A DNA stretch of 64,000 nucleotides from a candidate division WWE3 bacterium CSP1-7 (GTDB lineage Bacteria; Patescibacteriota; WWE3; 9FT-COMBO-53-11). Below are positions 1 through 10,310 of this stretch, one piece after another. The notes under the pieces are model-generated. The model was not told the origin of the DNA and ran no database searches. It worked only from the letters and a program-made list of their open reading frames with translations. The stretch spans positions 96,001 through 160,000 of the forward strand of contig LDXK01000001.1 in the NCBI GenBank assembly GCA_001443395.1, written 5' to 3'. The position numbers and the translations under genes are program-made. Position 1 is the first letter of the stretch. Every line of letters starts with the position of its first letter.

Positions 1-1871
1 CCCAGATATTGCTCGGGAATAATAACTTCAATTTTCATAATCGGCTCGAGCAGGACCGGCTTCCCCCGCCGGCATCCCTCCCGGGTAGCTTCGGAGGCGG
101 CAATCTGGAAGGCAATATCGGAGGAATCCACCTCGTGAAAAGAACCATCGAACAGCGTCGCCCGCAGATCAATCATCGGATATCCGGCCAAAACTCCTTT
201 GCCGAGAGCCTCTTTCACGCCTTTTTCGGAGGGCGGAATAAATTCGACCGGAATTGATCCACCCCGAATCGCATTCACAAATTCGAAACCGGATCCCGGG
301 GGCAGCGGTTCGTACTTGAGGAAGACATGCCCGTATTGCCCTCTCCCCCCCGACTGGCGAATGTACTTACCCTCCTGCTCAACCATGGCGGTGATCGTTT
401 CCTTGTAGGCCACCTGGGGAGCGCCGACGTTTGCCTCGACCCCGAATTCCCGTTTCATTCGGTCAACCAGAATCTCCAGGTGAAACTCCCCCATTCCCGA
501 GATGAGAGTTTCCCCGGTTTCGTGGTTGGACGAAATCTTGAAAGTCGGGTCTTCTTCCGCCAGTTTCTTCATCGCCTCTCCTAACTTCTCCTGGTCGGCC
601 TTGGTCTTGGGTTCGATCATCACCGAAATCACCGGTTCGGGGAAGGAAATGTTTTCCAAAATTATCGGGGATTTTTCGTCCGAAAGACTGTCGCCGGTGG
701 TGGTCTGCGCCAAACCAACCGCTGCGCCAATCTCTCCCGCCCCAATCTCGGGAATCTCTTCGCGAGAGTTGGCGTGCATCAGGAGAATGCGGCTGATTCT
801 CTCCTTGACACCCTTGGTGGCATTAAGAACGTAGGAACCGGAAGAAATTTTGCCAGAATAAACTCGAAAGAAAGTTAATCGACCGACAAACGGATCGGTT
901 TGAACTTTGAAGGCCAGCGCTGCGAATGGTTCACTGGTGTCGGCTTTGTGGGTCGTTTTGTTTCCGGAAAAATCCAGCCCCTCCACCGCCGGCCGATCCA
1001 AAGGCGAGGGCAGGTAATCCACCACCGCATCCAAAACTTTTTGCACTCCTTTGTTGTGCAGGGAGGATCCGCAGAGAACCGGAAAAACCTGACCGGTAAG
1101 GGTCGCCCGACGCAGGGCTTCTTTCAGCTCTTCATCCGAAATCTCCTGCCCCGCCAGATATTTTTCCAAGAGCTGCTCGTCCTCTTCGGCAATCGCTTCA
1201 ATCGTTTTCGCCCGGTACTGGGCCATCTTTTCTTTGAATTCCTCCGGCACCTCCTCCTCAATGACATCCTCCCCCAACTTCCCCTCGAAGCGGTAGGCTT
1301 TCTGCGCCAGGACGTCGATCATCCCGGAAAAATCACCTTCCCGGCCAATAGGAAAATTCAGGACAACCGTCTTGGCGTTTAGTTTCTCTTTGATGGAGGC
1401 AAGATCCTCATCAAAATCGGCCCCGATCTTGTCCATCTTGTTGATAAAACAGATCCGCGGAATGTTGTACTTGTCGGCCTGCCGCCAAACTTTTTCGGAT
1501 TGGGGCTCAACTCCTTCCTTTCCATCAAAAACCACCACCGCCCCATCCAAGACTCGGAGGGAACGCTCCACCTCCGCCGTAAAATCGACATGGCCGGGAG
1601 TGTCGATAATGTTAATCCGGCAGTCCCGCCAAAAAGTGGTTGTGGCCGCGGCGGTAATCGTTACCCCCCGCTCCCGTTCCTGGACCATCCAGTCCATCAC
1701 TGCCGCCCCCTCGTGGACCTCGCCGATCTTATAGGTCCGACCGGTGTAATAGAGGAACCGCTCGGTTGTGGTCGTTTTACCCGCATCGATATGGGCGATG
1801 ATCCCGATGTTTCGAACCTTATCGAGCGCCGCTTTGAATCCTATCTTATGTGAAAGTTTTTCTTCAACCAT
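1..1871 (-). CDS. fusA: Elongation factor G (3' end outside window)
   Basis: Manual translation from ATG at 1871: MVEEK...[19 protein letters not shown]...DTPGHVDF...NKMD; absent from the ORF track because it runs off the edge. Confidence 0.97.
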   Translation of the reverse strand, partial: MVEEKLSHKIGFKAALDKVRNIGIIAHIDAGKTTTTERFLYYTGRTYKIGEVHEGAAVMDWMVQERERGVTITAAATTTFWRDCRINIIDTPGHVDFTAEVERSLRVLDGAVVVFDGKEGVEPQSEKVWRQADKYNIPRICFINKMDKIGADFDEDLASIKEKLNAKTVVLNFPIGREGDFSGMIDVLAQKAYRFEGKLGEDVIEEEVPEEFKEKMAQYRAKTIEAIAEEDEQLLEKYLAGQEISDEELKEALRRATLTGQVFPVLCGSSLHNKGVQKVLDAVVDYLPSPLDRPAVEGLDFSGNKTTHKADTSEPFAALAFKVQTDPFVGRLTFFRVYSGKISSGSYVLNATKGVKERISRILLMHANSREEIPEIGAGEIGAAVGLAQTTTGDSLSDEKSPIILENISFPEPVISVMIEPKTKADQEKLGEAMKKLAEEDPTFKISSNHETGETLISGMGEFHLEILVDRMKREFGVEANVGAPQVAYKETITAMVEQEGKYIRQSGGRGQYGHVFLKYEPLPPGSGFEFVNAIRGGSIPVEFIPPSEKGVKEALGKGVLAGYPMIDLRATLFDGSFHEVDSSDIAFQIAASEATREGCRRGKPVLLEPIMKIEVIIPEQYL

Positions 1872-1906
1872 GATTTGGACGCGATTCTTTCGAATCGCTA
1901 ACAATC
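1872..1906 (-). repeat. REP-like hairpin copy 1
   Basis: Minus strand TGTTAG-CGATTC-GAAA-GAATCG-CGTCCA, 4 nt before the fusA ATG. Confidence 0.75.
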
Positions 1907-2004
1907 TCATTCCATTCGATTGAACGAATCATCTTACCAGAGCCAGGATAACGGAGCAACCGGCAAAATAGCAAACGACTAGACGCAGGATTTAAACTAA
2001 GAAG

Positions 2005-2913
2005 ATGATCTACACTCCCAAACGGCTCCAAAATCTCTATCTCTGGCAGGAGAAAAATCTGCGAATTGGTCGGGTCCTAAATCTTCCGAGCTATTCCGTT
2101 CGGAAAAAGAAATTTATTTCTTCAAAGGAGGGAAGAAAATTCTTAAGCTATCGCACCAAAAAAATCACCGACCTTAACGGCGTCGCCGTTTGGTTGGTAG
2201 ACGGAATTGCGATCCGCAGCGGACTAAAAGCCGGTGATATTGATTTCACTATGGGCGGGCACGGCTATCGCTACCTTTACATCCCCGAAAAGGAAATCTG
2301 GATTGACAACGCCAACGCCCACCGCGGCGATCTTGAACCGGTCATCTGGCACGAGTACCTCGAACGCAAGCTAATGAAAGGGGGAATGGGTTATGACGGT
2401 GCCCACACCATCGCTTCGGACCTGGAAATTACTCTCCGCGAGGGAACTTATTTTGTTCTCCCGGTCGGCACCTTCCGCCAAACCGCCGGGTTCTGCGGCC
2501 CGGCCGCTCTAAAAATCGTCCTCAATTACCACCAAATTCCTGCTACCGAAAAAAAGCTTTCCCAACTTTGCCGAACCACAAAAGCCGGCACCGATCCGCA
2601 AAATATTGTCGCCGCCGCCCAGAAATTCGGACTCTCAGCTTATCAAAAAGAAAATATGACGGTCGAGGAAGTCAAGAAAATCATCAGAGGAGGAAATCCC
2701 GTCATCGCCAACTTTCAGCTCAAGCCGGAAAAGGGTGAAGGGCACTACGCCGTCATCGTGGGTTACAGTCGAAACACTTTTATCCTCTCCGATCCGCAGG
2801 AGGATCAGGGCTACCGCGAAGTTGGGATCAAAAATTTTATGAGTCTCTGGTACGAACTCGAAGACAAAACCGTTCGGCAAGGGATTGTGTTAAAACCACA
2901 AAAGGGATTGTAA
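2005..2913 (+). CDS. C39-like cysteine peptidase with uncharacterised N-terminal HEYxER domain
   Basis: QTAGFCGPAAL...HYAVIVGY...SDP (Q/C/H/D); N-terminal DFTMGGHGY and WHEYLER..AH. Confidence 0.75.
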   Translation: MIYTPKRLQNLYLWQEKNLRIGRVLNLPSYSVRKKKFISSKEGRKFLSYRTKKITDLNGVAVWLVDGIAIRSGLKAGDIDFTMGGHGYRYLYIPEKEIWIDNANAHRGDLEPVIWHEYLERKLMKGGMGYDGAHTIASDLEITLREGTYFVLPVGTFRQTAGFCGPAALKIVLNYHQIPATEKKLSQLCRTTKAGTDPQNIVAAAQKFGLSAYQKENMTVEEVKKIIRGGNPVIANFQLKPEKGEGHYAVIVGYSRNTFILSDPQEDQGYREVGIKNFMSLWYELEDKTVRQGIVLKPQKGL

Positions 2914-2964
2914 TTGGTGAAAAGTGAATTAAAATAAAGACAAAACCAAGATAAGGAGGGAGAG

Positions 2965-3987
2965 ATGGCGAAAAACGCTAGGGTCTTTCAGCCGCCGAGC
3001 CTTGCTGACCTTTATAGGAAGCATGAAAGCCTGCGAGTTTGGCGCGTCAAAAGCCTGAAGCGGCACCACGAGAAGAGCCGCCGCCTCCGTCAGCGCCGCA
3101 ACTTCAAGCGCTATCGCATCCGGATAATCGCCCGCCTACCGGGGGTAACCGTCTGGAGCATAGACGCGGATGCCCTTCGCGAAGGACTGGAAAAAGGCGA
3201 TGTGGATTTCACGATGGGCGGGCACGGATACACCCACCTCTATATCCCCCCAAATGAAATCTGGATCGCCAACGACCTACGGCGGCGTTCTGTCGTGCCG
3301 ACAATCTGGCACGAATACTTTGAACGGTTGCTGATGCGCGGGGGGATGCACTACAACACCGCCCACTCCCTCGCCTCTCGGCTGGAAATCACTCATCGGG
3401 AGGGAACCTACTTTGTTCTGCCGGTCGGAACTCATCACCAGAGAGAAGATGGCTTCTGCTTGCCGGCGACGCTCAAGATCTACCTAAGCTATCTGGGCCG
3501 GAACTTCTCCGAAGGACACCTTGCTCGGCTCTGCAAAACCACGGTCGAAAATGGCACCGATCCGATCAACGTCGTCACCGCGGTGCGCCGCCTTGGTTTC
3601 AGGGTCCAACATCGGGGCCGACCGCTGATGCTTCGGGAAATTCAGCGTTACTGCTCGGCCGCCGGAGCCAAGGGCAAGGAAAGGAAAGAGCTGACCAATC
3701 AAGTTCGCCGGCAAGCGGGCACCGTTCGGGTCCATCAAGCCTGGACCGCCGCGGAAGTCAAGAAGTCCCTCAAAAAGGGGCGGCCGGTCCTCGCCAACAT
3801 CCAACTTAGCCGGGAGTACAAAAGCGGGCACTATCTAGTGGTCATCGGCTACACCAGCAACACCTTCGTCGTCAGTGACCCGAACGACGATAACGGTTAC
3901 CGGGAAATCCCGATCCCCGAGTTCATGAAGCTCTGGTATGAACTTGAGGACGGCACCGTTCGCGAAGGTTTTACAATCTCGTCTTAG
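2965..3987 (+). CDS. Tandem paralog of the C39-like peptidase, with a basic insertion
   Basis: QREDGFCLPA...HYLVVIGY...SDP; shares DFTMGGHGY/WHEYFER blocks; AGGAGG RBS. Confidence 0.75.
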   Translation: MAKNARVFQPPSLADLYRKHESLRVWRVKSLKRHHEKSRRLRQRRNFKRYRIRIIARLPGVTVWSIDADALREGLEKGDVDFTMGGHGYTHLYIPPNEIWIANDLRRRSVVPTIWHEYFERLLMRGGMHYNTAHSLASRLEITHREGTYFVLPVGTHHQREDGFCLPATLKIYLSYLGRNFSEGHLARLCKTTVENGTDPINVVTAVRRLGFRVQHRGRPLMLREIQRYCSAAGAKGKERKELTNQVRRQAGTVRVHQAWTAAEVKKSLKKGRPVLANIQLSREYKSGHYLVVIGYTSNTFVVSDPNDDNGYREIPIPEFMKLWYELEDGTVREGFTISS

Positions 3988-3989
3988 CG

Positions 3990-4024
3990 AGATTGCTAGG
4001 TTCGCGAAGCGATCCGTCCGATCT
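3990..4024 (+). repeat. REP-like hairpin copy 2
   Basis: TGCTAG-GTTCGC-GAA-GCGATC-CGTCCG. Confidence 0.7.
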
Positions 4025-4031
4025 TCAACTG

Positions 4032-4069
4032 AACCCCCAACTTGGGATGCCAAGCTGGGGGTTTTTATT
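4032..4069 (+). terminator. Intrinsic terminator
   Basis: AACCCCCAACTTGG/CCAAGCTGGGGGTT stem followed by TTTATT. Confidence 0.75.
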
Positions 4070-4110
4070 GACCAATTCTGCTACATTTATTCCAGGGAGG
4101 TGATTAATCA

Positions 4111-4311
4111 ATGATGTTTTTTGGCAGTCTACTAATTCTGTTGGGAGGTTTTTGGCTCTTGAGCAACCTGGGAATAATCTCGGCCGAGTTCTGGCAGGTC
4201 TTTTGGCCCACGATTGTCATTCTCTTGGGAGTCAAACTCTTGTTCGGGCCCTCCAAGTGGAAGAAGTTTTGGACCCAATTCGAAGACGGGAAAAAAATTA
4301 AGATCGAATAG
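4111..4311 (+). CDS. Small membrane protein (LiaI/LiaF-TM, DUF5668-like)
   Basis: FFGxLLILLGxxWLLxNLG...FWPxIxIxLG pattern; GGAGGTG RBS. Confidence 0.7.
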   Translation: MMFFGSLLILLGGFWLLSNLGIISAEFWQVFWPTIVILLGVKLLFGPSKWKKFWTQFEDGKKIKIE

Positions 4312-4317
4312 CCTCGC

Positions 4318-4812
4318 TCAAGCCGCCGGGACTTTAAAGATCAGCCCCACCACATAGCCAATTAGGGCGGCGGCTATGCCGATCAACGTAATCTTTAATC
4401 CCTCGAGTCCGAGATTCAAACCGATTACCCGGGCTTTGTAAATTCCGAGAAGAAAAAGAAAGATGGCCGAAATGAGAACGGCAACTTTTATCCCTAGAGA
4501 AATCGGAAAAAAAGCAAAAGGGAGAATGGGAATTATCGAGCCAAAGATCGCGGAAACACCCACAATCAGCGCGTCGGTTAGCGCGTGAGATCCTGTCATC
4601 GAAGAGGTGTAGGCCACCGCGGCCATCGAAAAAGATTCCGCAAAGGTCGCGGCTAATCCCGCCGCCAAGACGATTCGAGTATCTCCCGAAGCCGCCGCCA
4701 CACCCAGGGTCACCCCCAAAACATTCACCAGTCCGTCCTGACCGCCGAGAATGATGTCCCGAAGATCGAGCTGGCGGTGTTTGAGTTCTCCCAAGCGGGA
4801 AATTTTAGTCAT
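4318..4812 (-). CDS. VIT1/CCC1 family transporter (short)
   Basis: LRDIILGGQDGLV...AESFSMAA; hydrophobic. Confidence 0.85.
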   Translation of the reverse strand: MTKISRLGELKHRQLDLRDIILGGQDGLVNVLGVTLGVAAASGDTRIVLAAGLAATFAESFSMAAVAYTSSMTGSHALTDALIVGVSAIFGSIIPILPFAFFPISLGIKVAVLISAIFLFLLGIYKARVIGLNLGLEGLKITLIGIAAALIGYVVGLIFKVPAA

Positions 4813-5309
4813 TTCAAGTTCCTCTCCCCCGCGGCGATCGGCACCTTCAGCCAGTTCTCCACCGGAGGCAGAGGACAGGAGTAGCCCGAGCTGTAGGCGC
4901 AGTAGGGGTTGTAGGCATAATTGAAATCGAGCTCAAACTTCCCATCTTTCTCCTCTACCTCCAGGTAACGACCGGCGCCGTAGGTTTCTTTGCCTGAGGT
5001 CGCGTCGCGAAAGGGCAGGAAAAAAGAACCACTGGCAGCTTGGTAGAGGGTGATTTGAACCGGCTGGCCCTCGACCGAAAAACCAAGTTTCCCAATCCGC
5101 TTGAAGATCTTTTTCTCCCCGGAGGAAGTTTCAAATTCGAGCTCCTCTTCCGGAACTCGGGCCAGCGGAACGAGAAAACGCAGTTTCGGATCATCCGGAA
5201 AATATTTCAAACCCGCAAAGGAAGTCCGTTCCTCGACCGGAATTGGCGATTCGGTCCCGGTTTTTAAAAATTCGTCTTTGCGTTTGCGAAATTCCAACAG
5301 ACTTTCCAT
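4809..5309 (-). CDS. DUF1684 family protein
   Basis: PFRDATSGKETYGAGRYL, LDFNYAYNPYCAY..YSCPLPPxEN. Confidence 0.9.
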   Translation of the reverse strand: MESLLEFRKRKDEFLKTGTESPIPVEERTSFAGLKYFPDDPKLRFLVPLARVPEEELEFETSSGEKKIFKRIGKLGFSVEGQPVQITLYQAASGSFFLPFRDATSGKETYGAGRYLEVEEKDGKFELDFNYAYNPYCAYSSGYSCPLPPVENWLKVPIAAGERNLK

Positions 5310-5350
5310 ATCCTAACTCTAGCAAAGCCAAAGATAGGTTGGGTGATAGA

Positions 5351-5716
5351 ATGACCCTTGTGATTAGCTTTATTCGCCTCGCAAAATCCTTCCGCCACGC
5401 CTGGCGCGGACTCGTTCACACGCTATTTTTCCATCAGAATCTGAGAATTCACTTGGTGGCGGCGGTTATCACCGCCGCACTCGGACTCTATTTTCAGATA
5501 TCTTCCCGAGAGTGGTTTGGCATTCTGGTTGCCATCTTCTTGGTCCTGGTGGCGGAGATGATCAACACCTCTTTGGAGGAGATAATCAACCTAGTGAGAG
5601 AGGATCACCACGAAAAAGCCCGCATTGCCAAGGACGTCTCGGCGGGAATGGTGCTTTTGGCGACGATCTTTGCCGTCCTAGTGGGATTGGCTGTCTTTCT
5701 ACCCCGAGTATTCTAA
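5351..5716 (+). CDS. dgkA: Diacylglycerol/undecaprenol kinase family
   Basis: SFRHAWRG, EMINTSLE, AKDVSAG motifs; start trimmed to ATG 5351. Confidence 0.88.
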   Translation: MTLVISFIRLAKSFRHAWRGLVHTLFFHQNLRIHLVAAVITAALGLYFQISSREWFGILVAIFLVLVAEMINTSLEEIINLVREDHHEKARIAKDVSAGMVLLATIFAVLVGLAVFLPRVF

Positions 5717-5782
5717 AGAGTTACCAACGGAAATAAGACTATTCGCGAAAGCTCATAGATCATCTTTCCTCGATGACTAGCG

Positions 5783-6253
5783 TCACCAGCGGAAATGGGC
5801 AAAGGCGCGGTTGGCGTCGGCGATCCGGTGAACTTCCTCCTTCTTCTTGACGGCCGCTCCTTCGTTGTTGTAGGCCGCCGTTAACTCCTGAGCCAGCCGC
5901 TCCGCCAACGGGCTGCCCTTTTTGCTCCGGGCGGAGTTTACGAGCCAACGAATGGCGAGCGCCTGCGCCCGTTCCGTCCGAACCTGAGTGGGAACCTGGT
6001 AGGTTGCTCCCCCCACCCGGCGGGAACGAACCTCCAACTGCGGAGTAACGTTGGTCACCGCCTGGGTCAGAACCAGAAGCGGCTCGGCCCCCAGAGCCTG
6101 CGCCGCCTTGTCCATCGCTTGGTAGACCGCGGCCTGGGCCGTGGCCTTTCGGCCGCTCAACATAATTTGGTTGGTGAATTTTGCCACAACCGTGGAACCA
6201 AAGCGGTAATCCGATTCCAGCTGTCTTTTTCGGACCGGGCCTCCTCTAGGCAT
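5783..6253 (-). CDS. rpsG: 30S ribosomal protein S7
   Basis: MPRGG..., [25 protein letters not shown]. Confidence 0.97.
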   Translation of the reverse strand: MPRGGPVRKRQLESDYRFGSTVVAKFTNQIMLSGRKATAQAAVYQAMDKAAQALGAEPLLVLTQAVTNVTPQLEVRSRRVGGATYQVPTQVRTERAQALAIRWLVNSARSKKGSPLAERLAQELTAAYNNEGAAVKKKEEVHRIADANRAFAHFRW

Positions 6254-6731
6254 TTGCTTCTCCTTCCGCACTCGCTGCTACCGGCTCGGGTGCCGCAGTC
6301 GCCGGCTGCGGTCGACTTCCTTCTGCGACCCTCTTGGCCCCATAGATGGAGCGGCTGGTCCGACGGCCTTCCACCCCCGCCGTGTCAAAAACACCCCGGA
6401 CAATCGTGTACTTGATTCCCGGCAAATCCTTGACCTTCCCGCCCCGCACCATCACGATCGAGTGTTCCGCCAGATTGTGGCCCTCACCGGGGATATAGGA
6501 CGTGACTTCCCGCCCATTCGAGAGGCGAACCCGCGCCACCTTGCGAAGCGCAGAATTAGGTTTCTTGGGAGTCATCGTCCTCACCTGCAAAACCACCGCT
6601 CTCTTAAAAGGAGAGTTCGCGACCTTCTTGCGCCGGCGGAGCGAGGAATAGATCTCCGCCAGAGCCGGGGCTTTGGTTTTGTGGGCAATCTTTTTTCTCC
6701 CCTTTTTGATGAGCTGTTGAACCGTTGGCAT
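6246..6731 (-). CDS. rpsL: 30S ribosomal protein S12 with C-terminal extension
   Basis: [33 protein letters not shown]. Confidence 0.97.
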   Translation of the reverse strand: MPTVQQLIKKGRKKIAHKTKAPALAEIYSSLRRRKKVANSPFKRAVVLQVRTMTPKKPNSALRKVARVRLSNGREVTSYIPGEGHNLAEHSIVMVRGGKVKDLPGIKYTIVRGVFDTAGVEGRRTSRSIYGAKRVAEGSRPQPATAAPEPVAASAEGEANA

Positions 6732-9700
6732 CTATTTTGCCTCCTTCTTCACCTTCTCCTCCTTCTTCTTCTCTTTGAGTTGCGATCTCTCTCCGGTTGG
6801 GATCAACCGACCCACAATGACGCTCTCCTTTAATCCTAAGAGATTATCAACCTTTCCCGCGGCCGCTGCTTCCGTCAGGATTCGCGTTGTCTCCATGAAA
6901 GAGGCCGCCGAAAGCCAGGAATCGGTCTTGAGAGAAGAACGGGTAATTCCCAACAGGACCGGTTCTCCGACCGCCCGCTTTGATCCCTTGGAAAGCTCAT
7001 CATTCGCCTTCTCCAGTTGGATCTTGGTGATGATTTCTTCAGGAATAAATTCGGTATCTCCGGGGTCGGTGATCCGCAACTTGTTGAACATCTGCCGGAC
7101 AATCACTTCCAAATGAATATCATCCAATGAAATCCCCTGGCCGGAGTAAACCTTGAGAATCTCATTCACCAAATATTTCTGGGTGGAGAGGATCCCACGG
7201 ACGCCCAAAATTTTCTTCGGATCGAGGTACCCCTCGGTGAGCTGGACGCCGGCTTCCACCTTCTCACCATCCTTCACCAGAATGTTGCGGCCCACCGGAA
7301 CGTCAAACTGCATTGCCCCCTCCTTGCCGGTAAGGAAGACCTTCCGGGAATCTCCTTCTTCCGAAACCGAGATCTTTCCGGCGTAGGGAGCCACGTTCGC
7401 TTCGAATTTTGGTGTCCGGGCCTCGAAAACCTCCTCGATCCTCGGCAAACCTTGGGTGATGTCTTTACTGGCGGCGATTCCACCCATGTGTTTTGTCCGC
7501 AGAGTTAACTGCGTTCCCGGCTCCCCAATTGACTGAGCGGCCACTATCCCGACGGGAGTCCCTATCGCTGCCGGCCGGTTACGCCCCAGATCCAAACCGT
7601 AACAGGACGCGCAAACTCCGTGAAGACTTTCACAGGTAAGCGGGGAACGAATCTTGACTTCCGTAATTCCAGACTTTTCAATCGCCTCCGCCGCGAGGGC
7701 ATCAATGAGTTCATTTTTCTTCACCAAAACCTTGCTGCGAATCTTGATATCTTCCGCCGCAACTCGCCCATTCAAGCGACGTGAGAAAGTAATCAAGAAC
7801 GTTTCTTCCTCTTTGGCGAGGGAGATGGAGTTCTTTGTTTTGCAATCAGCTTCTCGAATCAAAACGTCCTGGGCAACATCCACCAACCTCCGCGTGAGGT
7901 AACCGGCGTCGGCGGTCCGCAGCGCCGTGTCCACCAGTCCCTTGCGGGCCCCGCGAGCCCCCACGAAATATTCGAAGCTGGTTAAACCCTCCCGATAGTT
8001 GGAGCGGATCGGTAGTTCGACCACTTTTCCGGTCGGATCCACGACATGGCCCCGCATTCCCGAAATCTGCTTCACTTGGTCCCGAGTGGCCCGCGCCGCT
8101 CCCGAACCGATAATTAGTTTGATCGGGTTGTCTTCCCCAAGAGCATTCCAAGCCAAATCATCTAAAACATTGGTGGCCTCACTCCAAACCACCCGGGAAA
8201 GCTCTTTTCTCTCAGAATCGGTGATCAATCCCCGCCGGAAGTTTTGGTCGATTTCGGATACCTTCTTTTCGGCATCGGCCAAAACCTTGGGCTTTTCAGA
8301 TGGGATAATTCCGTCAAAAGCCGAGATGGAAGCGCCCGAATAAGTAGCGTAATGGAAACCAAGATGCTTGATCGCATCCACCAGATCGGCGACCACCTGA
8401 TCCTCCGATTTTACCAATGCCTGAGAGATAAAATCTTTGGCTTCCTTTGCGCCCACTTTGCCATTATAAAAACGAAGGAAATCCGGCAAAACCGAGTTGA
8501 GGATTACCCGCCCCACGGTAGTCACTAGGATCTGCTCCCCCACCATAACCTTGATTTTCTCGCGGAGAACAATCTTTTCAAGATCGTAGGCAATGATTGC
8601 CTCCTGTTCACTGCTAAAGACCTTGAAATCCTCTTCCTTTCGCGTCTCCTCTTCGACCGGGATGCTGGTCAGATAGTAAGTGCCCAAAACCTGTTCCTTG
8701 TTGGGAAAAGCAATCGGTTCACCGGTCGCGGGACGGAGAAGATTGTTCGTCGAAATCATCAGCGCCTTTACTTCCGCAATCGCTCTCTTTGAAATCGGAA
8801 GGTGGACCGCCATCGCGTCACCATCAAAATCGGCGTTGAATCCGGCACAAACCGCCGGGTGCAGTTGGATCGCGGAGCCATCCACTAAAATCGGATAAAA
8901 ACCAAGGATAGAGAGACGGTGCAGGGAAGGGGCTCGATTCAGCAAAACCGGATGATCCACCACCAGTTGTTCAAGGATTTCCCAAACTTCGTCGGAACGC
9001 TCTTCCAAATAGGCCTTGGCACTTCTGAGATTGGAAGCGGATCCCCGCAGGAGAATTTCCCGGAGCACATGGGGCTTCCAAAGCTCCAGAGCCATTTCCC
9101 GAGGAATTCCCACTTGATTGAGTTTCAAATAGGGACCGACAACAATCACGGAACGCCCGGAGTAGTCCACTCGCTTTCCGAGCAAATTTTGACGGAAGCG
9201 ACCCTGTTTTCCGGATAGAAGATCGGCAAACGACCGCAGGGTCTTTTTGCCCCGCCGCACCTTGCCGCGGCGCGCCTTGGAAGAATCGATTAGGGCATCA
9301 ACGGCCTCCTGTAGCATCCGTTTTTCGTTACGGACAATAATTTCGGGAGCGCCTAGCTCTAGCAACTGGCGCAAGCGGTTATTGCGATTGATCACGGTCC
9401 GATAAAGATCGTTTAGATCGGAGGTTGCGAACCTTCCTCCCTCCAACTGGACCATCGGTCGCAGATCCGGCGGGATCACCGGCAAGACCGTCAGGATGAA
9501 CCAAGCCGGCTCCACTCCGGCATTCTTGAGTCCTTCCACAATTCGCAAACGCCGGCGGGCCCAGACCCCTCGCTCCCCCTTGCTCTCGTGGACAACCTTG
9601 CGCAGCTGGAGCGAAATCTTGCCCAGATCAACTAGGGCCAGGGCCCGGCGAATCGCTTCCGCCCCCATCATCACTTCGGAAAATTCCTTTAGATAAGGCA

Positions 9701-10310
9701 ACGCCAGTTCGACCTCCCGCTCCGAGAGAACCGAAAAGAGCTTAACGCTTTTGAGAACTTCCAGTCCCTCCCGTTTGGTATCGGAAAGTTTTATCTTGTT
9801 GGCCGGATCCTGCTCTTGTTTGATCTGCTGATTGAGATCGTGTTCAAATTTTTCCAGGACCGGACCGCGCTTCTCGCGATCAAACTCGGTGATCAGGTAG
9901 CGGGAGAAGTAGATTACCCCTTCCACATCACGCGAAGAAATCCCCAGAAGAATACTGACCATGGAAGGAACTCCGCGGAAGAACCAGATGTGCGCCACCG
10001 GAGAAGCCAGGGAAATGTGCCCCATCCGCTCCCGCCGGACCCGCTTGCTAGTGACCTCCACTCCGCACTTATCGCAGATGATTCCTTTAAAGCGGGCCTT
10101 CTTGTATTTTCCGCAGTAGCACTCGTAATCTTTGGTCGGGCCAAAAATCCGCTCATCAAAGAGACCATCTTTTTCCGCCTTGAAAGTTCGATAGTTGATT
10201 GTCTCCGGCTTGGTGACTTCACCATAGGACCAACCCTTGATAATCTCCGGAGAAGCAAATTTAATTCTCAGAGAATCAAATTCTCGAAAAGCTTCCAAAC
10301 CACTAGGCAT
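6732..10310 (-). CDS. rpoC: RNA polymerase beta' subunit
   Basis: KPETINYRT, Zn-binding Cys, NADFDGD, EPGTQLT. Confidence 0.99.
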   Translation of the reverse strand: MPSGLEAFREFDSLRIKFASPEIIKGWSYGEVTKPETINYRTFKAEKDGLFDERIFGPTKDYECYCGKYKKARFKGIICDKCGVEVTSKRVRRERMGHISLASPVAHIWFFRGVPSMVSILLGISSRDVEGVIYFSRYLITEFDREKRGPVLEKFEHDLNQQIKQEQDPANKIKLSDTKREGLEVLKSVKLFSVLSEREVELALPYLKEFSEVMMGAEAIRRALALVDLGKISLQLRKVVHESKGERGVWARRRLRIVEGLKNAGVEPAWFILTVLPVIPPDLRPMVQLEGGRFATSDLNDLYRTVINRNNRLRQLLELGAPEIIVRNEKRMLQEAVDALIDSSKARRGKVRRGKKTLRSFADLLSGKQGRFRQNLLGKRVDYSGRSVIVVGPYLKLNQVGIPREMALELWKPHVLREILLRGSASNLRSAKAYLEERSDEVWEILEQLVVDHPVLLNRAPSLHRLSILGFYPILVDGSAIQLHPAVCAGFNADFDGDAMAVHLPISKRAIAEVKALMISTNNLLRPATGEPIAFPNKEQVLGTYYLTSIPVEEETRKEEDFKVFSSEQEAIIAYDLEKIVLREKIKVMVGEQILVTTVGRVILNSVLPDFLRFYNGKVGAKEAKDFISQALVKSEDQVVADLVDAIKHLGFHYATYSGASISAFDGIIPSEKPKVLADAEKKVSEIDQNFRRGLITDSERKELSRVVWSEATNVLDDLAWNALGEDNPIKLIIGSGAARATRDQVKQISGMRGHVVDPTGKVVELPIRSNYREGLTSFEYFVGARGARKGLVDTALRTADAGYLTRRLVDVAQDVLIREADCKTKNSISLAKEEETFLITFSRRLNGRVAAEDIKIRSKVLVKKNELIDALAAEAIEKSGITEVKIRSPLTCESLHGVCASCYGLDLGRNRPAAIGTPVGIVAAQSIGEPGTQLTLRTKHMGGIAASKDITQGLPRIEEVFEARTPKFEANVAPYAGKISVSEEGDSRKVFLTGKEGAMQFDVPVGRNILVKDGEKVEAGVQLTEGYLDPKKILGVRGILSTQKYLVNEILKVYSGQGISLDDIHLEVIVRQMFNKLRITDPGDTEFIPEEIITKIQLEKANDELSKGSKRAVGEPVLLGITRSSLKTDSWLSAASFMETTRILTEAAAAGKVDNLLGLKESVIVGRLIPTGERSQLKEKKKEEKVKKEAK

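Noticed and set aside
9-1853. Plus-strand ORFs in the track
   Set aside because: Antisense shadows of fusA
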